Source of the DNA: Eledone cirrhosa
Taxonomy: Eukaryota
NCBI GenBank assembly: GCA_964016885.1
Contig: OZ024741.1
Coordinates: 30,876,001 to 30,940,000 of the forward strand
Direction: 5' to 3'
DNA: 64,000 nt
Position numbers and translations under genes: made by a program
In this document: one piece after another, positions 28,036-42,348 of the stretch
Layout: the number at the start of each line of letters is the position of its first letter
Numbering within the stretch: position 1 is the stretch's first letter
The notes under the pieces: generated by a model
The model's database searches: none
What the model saw: only the letters and a program-made list of their open reading frames with translations
Told to the model about the DNA's origin: nothing

Positions 28036-29625
28036 ATATATATATAATGTATGTTGTAATACACTTTATGCTTAATTAAAAGCATTTTGAAGACCGTAAG
28101 CTATTGTTTTAAAGTAGTGACAAATTCACTCACTTTGATCTCAGCAAACAGGGGAGATAAGCCGACATGACATATTTCGCTTTTGTTGAAGCTTATCAAG
28201 GCCAACTACCCCGCCTGTCTACTGAGATCAATGATGTTATATTTTTATAGAAATCTAGTAAATAATCAGGAGCTGATTATGCAGAGCGGTTGTTGGTCAG
28301 GCAGAAATTAAAAATTAGAATTGGAGCTCTGAAAAAGCAATATATATATGGATGTATATATAATGTATTTTGCAATACACTTTATGCTTAATTAAAATCA
28401 TTTTGAACACCGTAAGCTATTGTTTTAAAGTAGTGACAAATTCACTCACTTTGATCTCAGCAAACAGGGGAGATAAGCCGACATGACATGTTTCGCTTTT
28501 GTTGAAGCTTATCAAGGCCAACTACCCCGCCTGTCTACTGAGATCAATGATGTTATATTCTTATAGAAATCTAGTAAATAATCAGGAGCTGATTATGCAG
28601 AGCGGTTGTTGGTCAGGCAGAAATTAAAAATTAGAATTGGAGCTCTGAAATAGCAATATATATATGGATGTATATATAATGTATTTTGCAATACACTTTA
28701 TGCTTAATTAAAAGCATTTTGAAGACCGTAAGCTATTGTTTTAAAGTAGTGACAAATTCACTCACTTTGATCTCAGCAAACAGGGGAGATAAGCCGACAT
28801 GAAATGTTTCGCTTTTGTTGAAGCTTATCAAGGCCAACTACCCCGCCTGTCTACTGAGATCAATGATGTTATATTCTTATAGAAATCTAGTAAATAATCA
28901 GGAGCTGATTATGTATTAAGCATAAAGTGTATTGTAAAATACATTATATATACATCCATATATATATATTGCTATTTCAGAGCTCCAATTCTAATTTTTA
29001 ATTTCTGCCTGACCAACAACCGCTCTGCATAATCAGCTCCTGATTATTTACTAGATTTCTATAAGAATATAACATCATTGATCTCAGTAGAGAGGCGGAG
29101 TAGTTGGCCTTGATAAGCTTCAACAAAAGCGAAACATTTCATGTCGGCTTATCTCCCCTGTTTGCTGAGATCAAAGTGAGTGAATTTGTCACTACTTTAA
29201 AACAATAGCTTACGGTCTTCAAAATGCTTTTAATTAAGCATAAAGTGTATTGCAAAATATATTATATATACATCCATATATATATTGCTATTTCAGAGCT
29301 CAATTCTAATTTTTAATTCCTGCCTGACCAACAACCGCTCTGCATAATCAGCTCCTGATTATTTACTAGATTTCTATAAGAATATAACATCATTGATCTC
29401 AGTAGACAGGCGGGGTAGTTGGCCTTGATAAGCTTCAATAAAAGCGAAACATGTCATGTCGGCTTATCTCCCCTGTTTGCTGAGATCAAAGTGAGTGAAT
29501 TTGTCACTACTTTAAAACAATAGCTTACGGTCTTCAAAATGCTTTTAATTAAGCATAAAGTGTATTGCAAAATACATTATATATACATCCATATATATAT
29601 TGCTATTTCAGAGCTCCAATTCTAA
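28031..29625. repeat. 316-bp tandem array that switches orientation (about 2.8 units forward, then about 2.25 inverted)
   Basis: Units start at 28033, 28349 and 28665, with an inversion junction near 28913. Copies are near-identical. A diverged single homologue lies at about 63385-63660. Confidence 0.92.
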
Positions 29626-29647
29626 TACATATATATATATATATATA

Positions 29648-30495
29648 TATTAGAAAGATCGAGTATCGAAAAATCGGCGCACGAGTTCACGATAAACAAA
29701 ATTCGAAATGATCGGCAGAGGGCTCAATAATTCAGATGAATCAGAGCTATAACTATCGTTAAAATACCGTCACATATAGAACAAGTCTACAATCAACCAT
29801 ACGATAAAAAATCGATAATAGAAGATTCGGGACAAACAGATAAAAAATATCAATAAAACAATACATCAATAATTTAAATGAATGTAAAATCATACCCGGA
29901 CCCACTAGAAAGGTGTTAAATCTAGCTTCATGGGTTTCTGTAAATCCTTAGACTGTACTCTATCAGCTCACATATAAATATAAAAGCCTACTAGAGCAAG
30001 AGTAACGGAGTTTACTTTCTCAACGAGCTTTTTTCCTAGCGGAAAAGGGGCTAACTACCAGTGAAAAACGCACATGGCATTAGACAAGGGAGATAACCTC
30101 TATATCCGCGAAAACTATTCGAGGGAATGTGGAAATACACATATCGAATAAGAGTGCTCAATAGACATGTTAAAATAAAACAAAAGCTATTCATCACTCA
30201 ATAGAATCGACAAAAAATGAGCAATAAAATTAACTGGTGGATAGCTATGTCCAGAGCTAAAAATATTAGAAAGATCGAGTATCGAAAAATCGGCGCACGA
30301 GTTCACGATAAACAAAATTCGAAATGAGCGGCAGAGGGCTCAATAATTCAGATGAATCAGAGCTATAACTATCGTTAAAATACCGTCACATATAGAACAA
30401 GTCTACAATCAACCATACGATAAAAAATCGATAATAGAAGATTCGGGACAAACAGATAAAAAATATCAATAAAACAATACATCAATAATTTAAAG
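29648..30495. repeat. Non-coding element with ~230-bp direct terminal repeats
   Basis: attagaaagatcgagtatcg...catcaataatttaaa at about 29648-29877 and 30264-30494, period about 616. Confidence 0.85.
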
Positions 30496-30584
30496 TTTAA
30501 TATATGAACAGAGAAAAAAAAGTAGGGGGGCAGTACAAATGATATTAGTATTAGTTTCACGCTTGAGAGTGAGGGGTGGCGAAC

Positions 30585-30612
30585 GACGTTTCGGGCATAA
30601 GCCCTTCATCAG
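30585..30612 (-). ncRNA. Minimal PLE-type hammerhead core
   Basis: Minus strand: CTGATGA-a-GGGC-ttat-GCCC-GAAAC-GTC. Stem I is not evident. Confidence 0.6.
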
Positions 30613-30825
30613 GAGAACAGTGGGTAGGAAGAGAGTTCCGAGGGTGTATGGGGGAGTCGTGGAAAGCCATTTAAAAAAAGGGGGGAGGGAGAAAAGGGAG
30701 GAAATATATATATATATATATAAATATATAAATAAGGATTAAATCCAATATTATATTAGTTAGTGCATTATTCAATAGATTACTCTATACTTGGGCTAAT
30801 AGAGTGTGAATATATTACAAAAAGT

Positions 30826-31913
<1,088 letters not shown>

Positions 31914-31930
31914 TTATATATATATATATA

Positions 31931-32141
31931 TAACGAAGGGAATGTGGTAAGGAACCAGGTGCACCATAACGCACCAAAGTACTCAATACTTAGGGTAGTA
32001 GAGTGGGTAATAGGAACGAGTAGGACCCCGACGGCTGAGCTCAAGCCGTTTCGACGGCTAATTCTGGACGCATTAGCCAGAATTCTGTCCAGAATTAGCC
32101 GTCGAAACGGCTTGAGCTCAGCCGTCGGGGTCCTACTCGTT

Positions 32142-32146
<5 letters not shown>
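31931..32146 (-). repeat. Foldback PLE terminal-repeat fragment (7059-9568 family)
   Basis: Perfect 60-bp inverted arms at 32010-32069 and 32087-32146. The long arm ends in ttcgtt-(TA)n. Confidence 0.88.
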
Positions 32147-32236
<90 letters not shown>

Positions 32237-32244
32237 TATATATA

Positions 32245-32324
<80 letters not shown>

Positions 32325-32819
32325 TAATTTCAGCGAGATCGAATTTCGGCTGTGGTCGAAAACAAAGTGAAATGCAATATCGAGTTATGCTGGCAAGCGC
32401 TCCATGGACTAAATAAACACCAGAGCAATAAACATAGATTATAAGGGCCAAACAAACTGAGATGGCGTTCAAGAAGCCATCATTCATCTAATCCAAAAAG
32501 ACGAGGCAAGCCAAACAGGTAAAACAAAAGAATAGAATATTTACCCGGACTCGCAGAAAAGATGGTATAGTCCAGTAAAGGGTTTCTGCGACACCTAACA
32601 CCAATTATACTGCCTGCTTAAATAATAAGCTTTTGATATAATGATCGAACAAGGCTGTCATTTCCTCAACGGGTATTTTGTTCTACGCCAGCATGCGGGA
32701 TTAAGCAGTATTATGTAGTAGTAAAATACCACGTGTATAACTCTGCAAGGGAAATAACCCCAGATCCTGGCAGATGAATTCAGTAAGTGTAAAATAAAAG
32801 CAATAATTGCAAAAACTGC

Positions 32820-32863
<44 letters not shown>

Positions 32864-32871
32864 CACACACA

Positions 32872-32932
<61 letters not shown>

Positions 32933-32934
32933 TG

Positions 32935-33336
32935 TTCTACCTACCGTTCCGACTTCCTCCCCCTCCCCCTCCCCTGTATCTTCTTTGACCTCATGCCCAG
33001 CTGTAGCTGGCACTACCAACGCTTGATTGGGTCTACTCCACCCCCTCCCCTCTTTCTCCTACTGGCAGGTTTAGCCACCATCTCCCCTACTAATTTGCAA
33101 CCACAGAATTACTACTGATTTTTGACAATCACTTTGACCATATATGGAATTACCCCTTGAGAAGATCGGCTATTTAAATACCAGGATAAATGTTAATTTA
33201 GTCCAGAATTAGCCGTCGAAACGGCTTGAGCTCAGCTGTCGGGGTCTTACTGGTTCCTATTACCCACTCTACTACCTCAAGTATTGAGTACTTTGGTGCG
33301 TTATGGTCCACCTGGTTCCTTACCACATTTCCTTCG

Positions 33337-33338
<2 letters not shown>
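32935..33338 (+). repeat. Solo 3' region/pLTR of the 7059-9568 PLE family
   Basis: Colinear with about 9220-9566 and 9660-9752. Ends in ccttcgtt-(TA)n. Confidence 0.82.
33152..33245 (+). ncRNA. Type I hammerhead fold with a U3-A8 core variant
   Basis: acccc-TTGAGAA-ga(t)cggcta...tagccgtc-GAAAC-ggct-tgagctc-agct-GTC-ggggt. Confidence 0.68.
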
Positions 33339-33370
<32 letters not shown>

Positions 33371-33965
33371 TGCTTTTTTCTTGTTTTTCTTTTTTGCTGT
33401 TGCTTTCAATTACCCTTCTCGTTTAATTTATATATAATTCATATCGTACTGATAGTTTATATCGCGCAACCTTATCCGACACGTCATTTTTTTGTTAAGA
33501 TGATATGTGTTAAATTTGGGTGGTACTTTTAACAGATTTAGTAGAAGGCCCCTCGTTAACCCATTGGTTTGATTATGGTTGTTGTTGAGGTTAATTCATC
33601 CCTAATAAACGCCATCATTTAGTAGATATCTCATGAAAAGCTTTCAAATTATCACCACCTCATTTTTTTCTTCCAGTACCCAATTTGTTGTTTCTCTTCT
33701 TTTTGATAATATTCAATATGATGTGAAAGAAACTGCAACATAGAGGGTGCATGTTGATACATAGCGTTCACATCTAAAATTCAAGTAATGCTTATCTGCT
33801 TTCATTTAATTTCTGTTGAATATGAAACGAAGTTAGCTCGTTTGGTTGAAAACACTACCTGTAGATGAAGAAATGGAGGGTTGTATGAGTGGTTGTATTT
33901 GTAGTTAGTATCGGTGTTGCTGATGCTGGTTTTATTTAACACTAGGAGAATATTGGCTGGACAGA

Positions 33966-34276
33966 TCTATATAGTAATACGCTAATACTACGTACCGTAC
34001 GTCCGACCGTGTGTGTCACGCTTTCAGCAAAACAATGGAAGTGGGGTGGTAAACAATCTACGACAATCTACGACCAAAGAAAATCAAAGAGCGTTGCATT
34101 GTTTGGAAAGGAGAGAGAGAGGGGGTTATAATATATTTAGGGAAAGGAGGTTATAATATAGAGAAATGGATGGGTAATTATATATATAGAGAGGGGTGTT
34201 TTAATATATTTAGAGAGTGGGGGTTATAATATAGAGAGAGGGGATTATCCGTGAATTCTTTCACGGGTCCAGTTAG
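33966..34276 (+). mobile_element. Short non-autonomous Helitron-like element
   Basis: a|TCtatatagtaatacg start, subterminal hairpin ccgtgaa..ttcacgg (34249-34266), then TTAG|t (a CTAG variant). Contains an internal purine-rich minisatellite. Confidence 0.55.
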
Positions 34277-34888
34277 TATATATGAATATACCAAATTCTG
34301 ATTCTTCCAGGCATAATATAACAAGGACTATTTTATCCAATGTGGTTTGTATATTTGAGATGACAGATTTGAAGCAGATTTGAATGCTATTCCTAGCATT
34401 TCATAGATTATGTTGATGCCCCAACCTATGACACGTTCGTGTATGTGTCTGTGTGTGGTGTCTGTGGATGTATGATTGTATGTGTCTGGTTATACGACCG
34501 TGAGAGGGTTATGGGAGCGTTTCCGATCATCTGTGTTTTTCCAAAAAACCTGAGCCCGTATGTTCAGATGCATGAACATATGAATAGCTAAATTACTGGA
34601 ACATCATTTGGAAATTTAAAAAGCAAAGCGTTAAAACATATTTGCTAGGAAACACACCTTGTCAGTATGAAAATGAGTTTCTCGAATTATCTTGCTGAAT
34701 CAAAAACGACGCATTAAAAAATTAAAAACTGTGACAAAATAAAAAAAACAACAACAAAAGAAACAGCTTCAATATCGAATACCATGTATAATCAATAGCC
34801 TTTCTAACTTATAATCGTTGAATTTAAGGAAGAATTTCGAATATTAATATTAATATTAATAGCAATATTAACAGTAATAACATCAATA

Positions 34889-34956
34889 GATGGAGAAGAA
34901 GAAAAAGATGATGATGATGATGGTGGTGGTGGTGGTGGTGGTGGTGGTGGTGGTGG

Positions 34957-34988
<32 letters not shown>

Positions 34989-35086
34989 GTCGTGGTGGTG
35001 ATGACGACGACGACGAGGATGAAGAAGAAGAAGAAGAAGAAGAAGAAGAAGAAGAAGAAGAAGAAGAAGAAGAAGAAGAAGAAGAA

Positions 35087-35143
<57 letters not shown>

Positions 35144-35151
35144 GAAGAAGA
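34889..35151. repeat. Compound trinucleotide microsatellite (GAT/GGT/GAC/GAA)
   Basis: Directly visible. Source of the poly-S/H/K/M ORFs. Confidence 0.95.
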
Positions 35152-35594
35152 ATGGGCAATATTATTTTGAAGATAACAATAAGAGCAAAATACAAGACGA
35201 AAGAGCAAAAAATGGATAAACGGACGATAACAAATAAGAATACACGAAATATAGAAAATGACTCCATCACAACAGAAAAAAAATAGGAAAGAGGCAAGAA
35301 GAAAACGATTGCAATGGTTACAAACGTATAGAAGCATAAAGAAGTGAAAATGCAAGTGGTGGGAGTGAGAAAACGAAGAAAAACTATATTTATAATATAA
35401 ATTAGAAAAGAAAATCAAAATCACGCGAAGCAATTTGTTGTGGTCGGAACGATTTAAAAAGTAGAGTTTAGTGATGTTGAATGAAAGTTTAAATAGCATG
35501 AAATTTCTTGCTTTTAAAACGATATTGGACCTTTGAGCTTTAAGATTCTTGCACAGGCTAATGAAGCGGTTATTTTTGACGTTTTTTCTTGGGC

Positions 35595-35596
<2 letters not shown>

Positions 35597-35647
<51 letters not shown>

Positions 35648-35682
35648 TATTGTTATTATTAAAAATATTATTATTATTGTTG
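35597..35682. repeat. (TTA)n microsatellite, uninvaded
   Basis: Directly visible. Confidence 0.95.
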
Positions 35683-36378
35683 TTTTTAATAGAGTAACTG
35701 TCATTTTGAATGGCTTATATGAAGGAATGTAACAAAATATAACACACACACACACACGCATATACAAACAACCACAAACACACACACACACAAACACACA
35801 CGCACAAATGGCATGAAAAGCGTGATGATGGGGTATAAGGTATCAACAAAATTAAAATACAAAGGGCATAGAAAATAATATAGAAATGTTAAAAGGGAGG
35901 GAGAAGTTGTATAAAATTTACAAGGAATTAATAATATGAGAGTGTGATGGGGAGTTGAATTCCACCAAACCACAAAGAAATAATTGAAAAATGAATAAAA
36001 ATATAAACAATGACATATTAAAATTGATTATAGCTATGAGGATGAGGATAATGGTGAATATAATAACAATAGTTTTAAAAATATAATATTGATAACAATG
36101 ATAATAATATTCATAATATAATGATAAACATAATTTTTGTAGGAATAAATTATAAAAATGAAACACACGTAATAACATATTAATAGAAAAACTAATACAA
36201 AAACAACAATAATACTTGTGAAAATAGAATAAAATATATAATAATTATAATATAACAATATTGATAATGATAATAAAAAATAATTTTGGTAATAGAAGAC
36301 TCTTTATTAAATGGTATAATATTTCCTCTAAAAACATTTCCAACAAGAAAAAATACCATTATTTGCAAACGCAATATC

Positions 36379-36464
<86 letters not shown>

Positions 36465-38665
36465 GGCCCAGATGGTGTGCAGGGGTATTGGATTAAACAT
36501 TTAACATCCCTCCACCCGAAGCTGACGGCCATGTTCAATGACTGCTTGGTGTCGGGTGAGGTGCCAGAGTGGTTGACAAAAGGTACCAGAGTTCTGATAA
36601 TGAAAGACCGAATCAAGGGTAATGATGTTACCAACTATAGACCTATCACATGTCTGTCCGTAATGTGGAAACTGTTGACGAGCATTGTGTCTGAGGAAAT
36701 CTACCATCACCTCCACACAAACAACTTGTTACCGGACGAACAGAAAGGATGCCGAAAGAAGTCACGTGGTACAAAGGACCAGTTACTTATTGATAAGATG
36801 GTAATGGGGAATTGCAGGAGGAGACACACTGATCTTGCCATGGGATGGATAGACTACAGAAAGGCATTTGACATGGTGCCTCATTCCTGGATCACCAAAA
36901 GCCTGGAGATCTTCAGGGTGGCAGATAACATCAGACAGTTGCTAGGCAGGAGTATGGGGTCCTGGGAGACAGAGTTGACATCAACTGGAGTATCCTTGGG
37001 AAGCGTGAAGATCAAGAGAGGTATCTTCCAGGGAGATAGCCTGTCCCCTCTGTTGTTTGTCCTTGCCCAGATGCCCTTGACCATTATGCTGCGAAAAGTG
37101 AGAGCAGGATACAAGTTGGGAAGGGGAGAGCTTACCATCAATCACCTCCTCTTCATGGACGATCTTAAGCTCTTCGGGAAAAGTGAGAAGTAGTTGGATG
37201 TGCTTGTTGACACTGTCCGTATTTTCAGCAGTGATATATGTATGCAGTTTGGTATTGGTAAATGTGGAGTCATTGTGATGAAGAGGGGTAGGTTGAGCAG
37301 AAGTAACGGGATCCAGATACCAACAGGTGAGATGATAAAGGAAATTGACTCTGAGGAAGGATACAAGTATTTGGGCGTTCTGGAGGCTGATGGCATAAAG
37401 AACAAAAAAATGAAGGAATTGTTAAGAACTGAATACATTCGGAGAGTAAGGAGCGTATTGAAGTCACATCTGAACAGCAGAAATGCCATAAGCGCAGTAA
37501 ATTCCCGAGCTGTGTCTATTATTAGGTACAGTGCGGGAATTCTGAGATGGAATGTTGCTGAACAAAAAGAAATGGATAGGAAGACTAGGAAGCTATTGAC
37601 TATCTACAACATGTTCCACAAGAGGAGTGATGTCGATAGACTCTACCTAAGGAGATCTGAGGGTGGAAGAGGTCTTATCAGCATAGAGGACTGTGTTCAG
37701 ATGGAGAAAAACAACCTATACAAATACGTGACCTATAGTAAGGAGCCAATGCTCAGAACTGTACTGAAGGAGGGGACAGTAGGCCAGGGGATGTCCAAGG
37801 AGGAAATAACATCAAGGAGGAAGAGCAGCCCTAAGGGAAAATCCCTTCATAGTACCTTCTTTGAGAAAACTGAATTTAGAGATCCACAGACATGGAACTG
37901 GTTGAGAAGAGGAGACCTCAAAAAGGCTACAGAAGGAATGCTAATGGCTGCGCAGGAGCAGGCCCTCAAAACGAAGTGGTTGAAGCACCATATCTACAAG
38001 GAGGAGGCTAGCCCACTGTGCAGGATCTGTGGAGAGAGAGAGGAGACTGTGGCTCACATTGTGTCCGAGTGTAAACACCTAGCCCAGACCCACTATAAGG
38101 GCTGGAGACACGATGTGATGGGCAGGGTGATCCACTGGCACCTGTGCAAAGTAAACAATTTACCACATTCTGAGAAATGGTATGAGCATAGGCCAGAGGC
38201 GGTGATGGAGAACAATCAGGTGAAGGTGCTGTGGGATTTTAGGATACAGACGAACACAAAACTGGAACACAATAGACCTGACCTGGTGGTTGTGGACAAA
38301 GAAAAAACATCGTGTCTGATTGTGGATGTGGCCTGCCCGTTCGACACGAGAGTGCAAGAGATGGAGAGGGAGAAAATTAACCGATACCAGGACCTAAAGT
38401 GGGAGGTGAAAAGGATTTGGAACTGCCATGAAGTCAAAGTGATCCCGATTGTCATAGGCGCACTGGGGACTATCTCCAAAAGTTTCCAGGGATGGTTAAA
38501 GAAAATCGGCCCCTTCACGCTTTTTGGAACGCTTCAAAAGGCATGCTTGCTTGGAACAGCAAGAACCCTCCAATACGTCCTGAATATCTGAGGCTGCAGG
38601 TAGTGGCTTGATATTCAATCCAACGGACTTTCCAGTTAACCAACGTCAATGACTGAGATTCAAGG
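36465..38665 (+). mobile_element. R4/Dong-clade RLE non-LTR retrotransposon, family A copy 1, 5'-truncated
   Basis: GPDGVQGYWIK, NYRPITCL, EQKGC, WIDYRKAFD, GIFQGDSLSP, FMDDLK, CRICGE..H..C, RHD and RPD..D..EK. One premature TAG at 37191-37193 (GAG in the other copies). (TAA)n on both sides. Confidence 0.93.
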
Positions 38666-38674
38666 AATAACAAC

Positions 38675-38716
<42 letters not shown>

Positions 38717-38719
<3 letters not shown>

Positions 38720-41152
38720 CAGAACCGCATGTTCGACAACAAGCAGAAGATGCTGTTTGGACAGCTTGAGGGGAAAGAAAGAGGCAACGTCTTGATCCCT
38801 GAGGCGGAACAAACTAGAACATTCTGGAGAGGAATATGGGAGCAGGATGTTAGACATAATGACCAGGCAGGGGGGATTGAGACAGTACAGAGGGAGATCG
38901 GTGAGCAGGCACACCAACAAACTGATTTGAGTATCACAGTTGAAACTCTTAAGGGGCAGGCCAAAAAGCTAACCAACTGGAAATCACCAGGCCCAGATGG
39001 TGTGCAGGGGTATTGGATTAAAAATATTACATCCCTCCACCCGAAACTGACGGCCATGTTCAATGACTGCTTGGGGTCGGGTGAGGTGCCAGAGTGGTTG
39101 ACAAAAGGTACCACAGTTCTGATAATGAAAGACCGAATCAAGGGTAATGATGTTACCAACTATAGACCTATCACAATTCTGTCCGTAATGTGGAAACTGT
39201 TGACGAGCATTGTGTCTGATGAAATCTACCATCACCTCCACACAAACAACTTGTTACCGGACGAACAGAAAGGATGCCGAAAGAAGTCACGTGGTACAAA
39301 GGACCAGTTACTTATTGATAAGATGGTAATGGGGAATTGCAGGAGGAGACACACTGATCTTGCCATGGGATGGATAGACTACAGAAAGGCATTTGACACG
39401 GTGCCTCATTCTTGGATCACCAAAAGCCTGGAGATCTTCAAGGTGGCAGATAACATCAGACAGTTGCTGGGAAGGAGTATGGGGTCCTGGGAGACAGAGT
39501 TGACATCAACTGGAGAATCCTTAGGAAGCGTGAAGATCAAGAGGGGTATATTCCAGGGAGATAAACTGTCCCCTCTGTTGTTTGTCCTTGCCCTGATGCC
39601 CTTGACCATTATGCTGCGAAAAGTGAGAGCAGGATACAAGTTGGGAAGGGGAGAGCTTACCATCAATCACCTCCTCTTCATGGACGATCTTAAGCTCTTC
39701 GGGAAGAGTGAGAAGGAGTTGGATGTGCTTGTTGACACTGTCCGTATTTTCAGCAGTGATATATGTATGCAGTTTGGTATTAGTAAGTGTGGAGTCATTG
39801 GGATGAGGAGGGGTAGGTTGAGCAGAAGTAACGGAATCCAGATACCAACAGGTGAGATGATAAAGGAAATTGACTCTGAGGAAGGATACAAGTATTTGGG
39901 CGTTCTGGAGGCTGATGGCATAAAGACAAGAGTAATGAGCGTATTGAAGTCACAGCTGAACAGCAGAAATGCCATAAGCGCAGTAAATTCCCGAGCTGTG
40001 TCTATTATTAGGTACAGTGCGGGAATTCTGAGATGGAATGTTGCTGAACAAAAAGAAATGGATAGGAAGACTATGAAGCTATTGACTATCTACAACATGT
40101 TCCACAAGAGGAGTGATGTTGATAGACTCTACTTAAGGAGATCTGAGGGTGGAAGAGGTCTTATCAGCATAGAGGACTGTGTTCAGACGGAGAAAAACAA
40201 CCTATACAAATACGTGACTGAAAGTAAGGAACCAATGCTCAGAACTGTACTGAAGGAGGGGACAGTAGGCCAGGGGATGTCCAAGGAGGAAATAACATCA
40301 AGCAGAAAGAGCAGCCTTCAGGGAAAATCCCTCATAGTACCTTCTTTGAGAAAACTGAATTTAGAGATCCACAGACATGGAACTGGTTGAGAAGAGGAGA
40401 CCTCAAAAAGGCTACAGAAGGAATGTTAATGGCTGCGCAGGAGCAGGCCCTCAAAACGAAGTGGTTGAAACACCATATTTACAAGGAGGAGGCTAGCCCT
40501 CTGTGCAGGATCTGCGGAGAGAGAGAGAGGAGAATGTGGCCCACATTGTATCCGAGTGTAAACACCTAGCCCAGACCCACTATAAGAGCTGGAGACATGA
40601 TGTGATGGGCAGGGTGATCCACTGGCACTTGTGCAAAGTAAACAATTTACCACATTCTGAGAAATGGTATGAGCATAGGCCAGAGGCGGTGATGGAGAAC
40701 GATCAGGTGAAGGTGCTGTGGGATTTTAGGATACAGACGGACAAGAAACTGGAACACAATAGACCTGACCTGGTGGTTGTGGACAAAGAAAAAACATCGT
40801 GTCTGATTGTGGATGTGGCCTGCCCATTCGACACGAGAGTGAAAGAGAAGGAGAGGGAGAAAATTAACCGATACCAAGACTTAAAGTGGGAGGTAAAAAG
40901 GATTTGGAACTGCCATGAAGTCAAAGTGATCCCGATTGTCATAGGCGCACTGGGGACTATCTCCAAAAGTTTCCAGGGATGGTTAAAGAAAATCGGCCCC
41001 TTCACGCTTTTTGGAACGCTTCAAAAGGCATGCTTGCTGGGAACAGCAAGAACACTCTGATACGTCCTGAATATCTGAGGCTGTAGGTAGTGTCTTGATA
41101 TTCATTCCAACGGACTTTCCAGTTAACCAACATCAATGCCTGAGATTCAAGG
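38717..41152 (+). mobile_element. R4/Dong family A copy 2, 5'-truncated
   Basis: Near-identical to copy 1, with a ~39-bp deletion near 39925, frameshifts near 40332 and 40520, and a late TGA. Same 3' end, gagattcaagg-(AAT)n. Confidence 0.93.
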
Positions 41153-41194
41153 AATAATTACAATAATAATAATAATAATAATAATTATAATAAT

Positions 41195-41224
<30 letters not shown>

Positions 41225-41227
<3 letters not shown>

Positions 41228-42294
41228 GCATCAAAAGATCATATTCCATTACAAAAGATGCACAAAGATACAGTAATGGACTACACATTTCAGAAGTCCC
41301 AATTACTGCTGAAATGGAAAATACAGAAAAAACAAAGCAGGTAAAAGTAACTGCAAAGAAAGAACTGCTACAGAAACTGGCTAAGAAATGGCAAGAAAAG
41401 CCTCTGTATGGAAAGTACCCAGAGCGAGCTAACAATCCTGATGTTGACAAAACTTTAACCCATCAGTGGTTGGCATCCTCTGGACTGAAATCGGAGACTG
41501 AAGGACTGATTATATCGGCATAAGATCAGTGTCTGCCAACAAAAAATTACCAAGCCAACATAATAAAAAATGGGTGCAGCCCATTATGCCGTGTATGCAA
41601 AAAACAACCAGAGACCATTGACCATATAATTTCAATGTGCAGTCCTATAGCTCCAACCGAATACCTAAACAGGCATGACAGAGCTGCACAATACATACAT
41701 TGGATAATGTGTAAGCATTTTGACCTGCCCCATCAAAAGAATTGGTGGGAGCATCAACCACCTCCCATACTTGAAAAAGATCACATCTCAAACTTGTGGA
41801 ACTTTAGCATCCAAACAGACCGAAAAATAGATGCAAATAGACCTGATATAATATTGAAGGACTTTAAAAAGAGGGTATGCCTGCTAATTGATATGTCCGT
41901 TCCGATAGACAAGAATGTATCTATAAAAACATTTGCAAAATTGAGCAAGTATAAGGACCTGGAGATAGAAATTGGAAAAATGTGGAAATTGAGAACTAAA
42001 ACAATACCAGTGGTTGTGGGCGCTCTGGGAATGATACCAAAGGGGTCTAATGATTACATATCACAAATCCCAGGAAACCCGCGTATAGGAGAAATACAAA
42101 AGATAGTACTAATGGGAACTGCCCATATACTAAGGAAGATTCTGTCAATATAAGTACATTACAAGTCTAAACACTAAAGATGCATGTGTGAGTATGTATG
42201 TTCTTTCTTGAATATGGCGGACCTTGTTGCCTCTTGATGTAACTGGTTGTGACTTGCTGATAACTCGTATGAACATAAAGCAAGGTAAATGCAA
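41225..42294 (+). mobile_element. R4/Dong family B copy 1, heavily 5'-truncated
   Basis: LKSETEGLIISA*, CRVC..H..C, RHD and RPDI..D. Matches 58145-59212. (TAA)n on both sides. Confidence 0.92.
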
Positions 42295-42296
42295 CT

Positions 42297-42348
<52 letters not shown>

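Noticed and set aside
28031-29625. CRISPR-like array
   Set aside because: Whole 316-bp units repeat with no unique spacers, there are no cas genes, and the context is eukaryotic.
34804-35499. Poly-Ser/His/Lys/Met ORFs
   Set aside because: Compound trinucleotide microsatellite that is open in several frames, with no domain or splice evidence.
36261-36464. N-terminal extension with poly-Ile on the Dong A1 ORF
   Set aside because: Read-through of flanking DNA and the (ATA)n target, not part of the element.
37191-37193. Programmed read-through or a two-ORF structure in Dong A
   Set aside because: The TAG is GAG in A2 and A3, so it is a copy-specific mutation.
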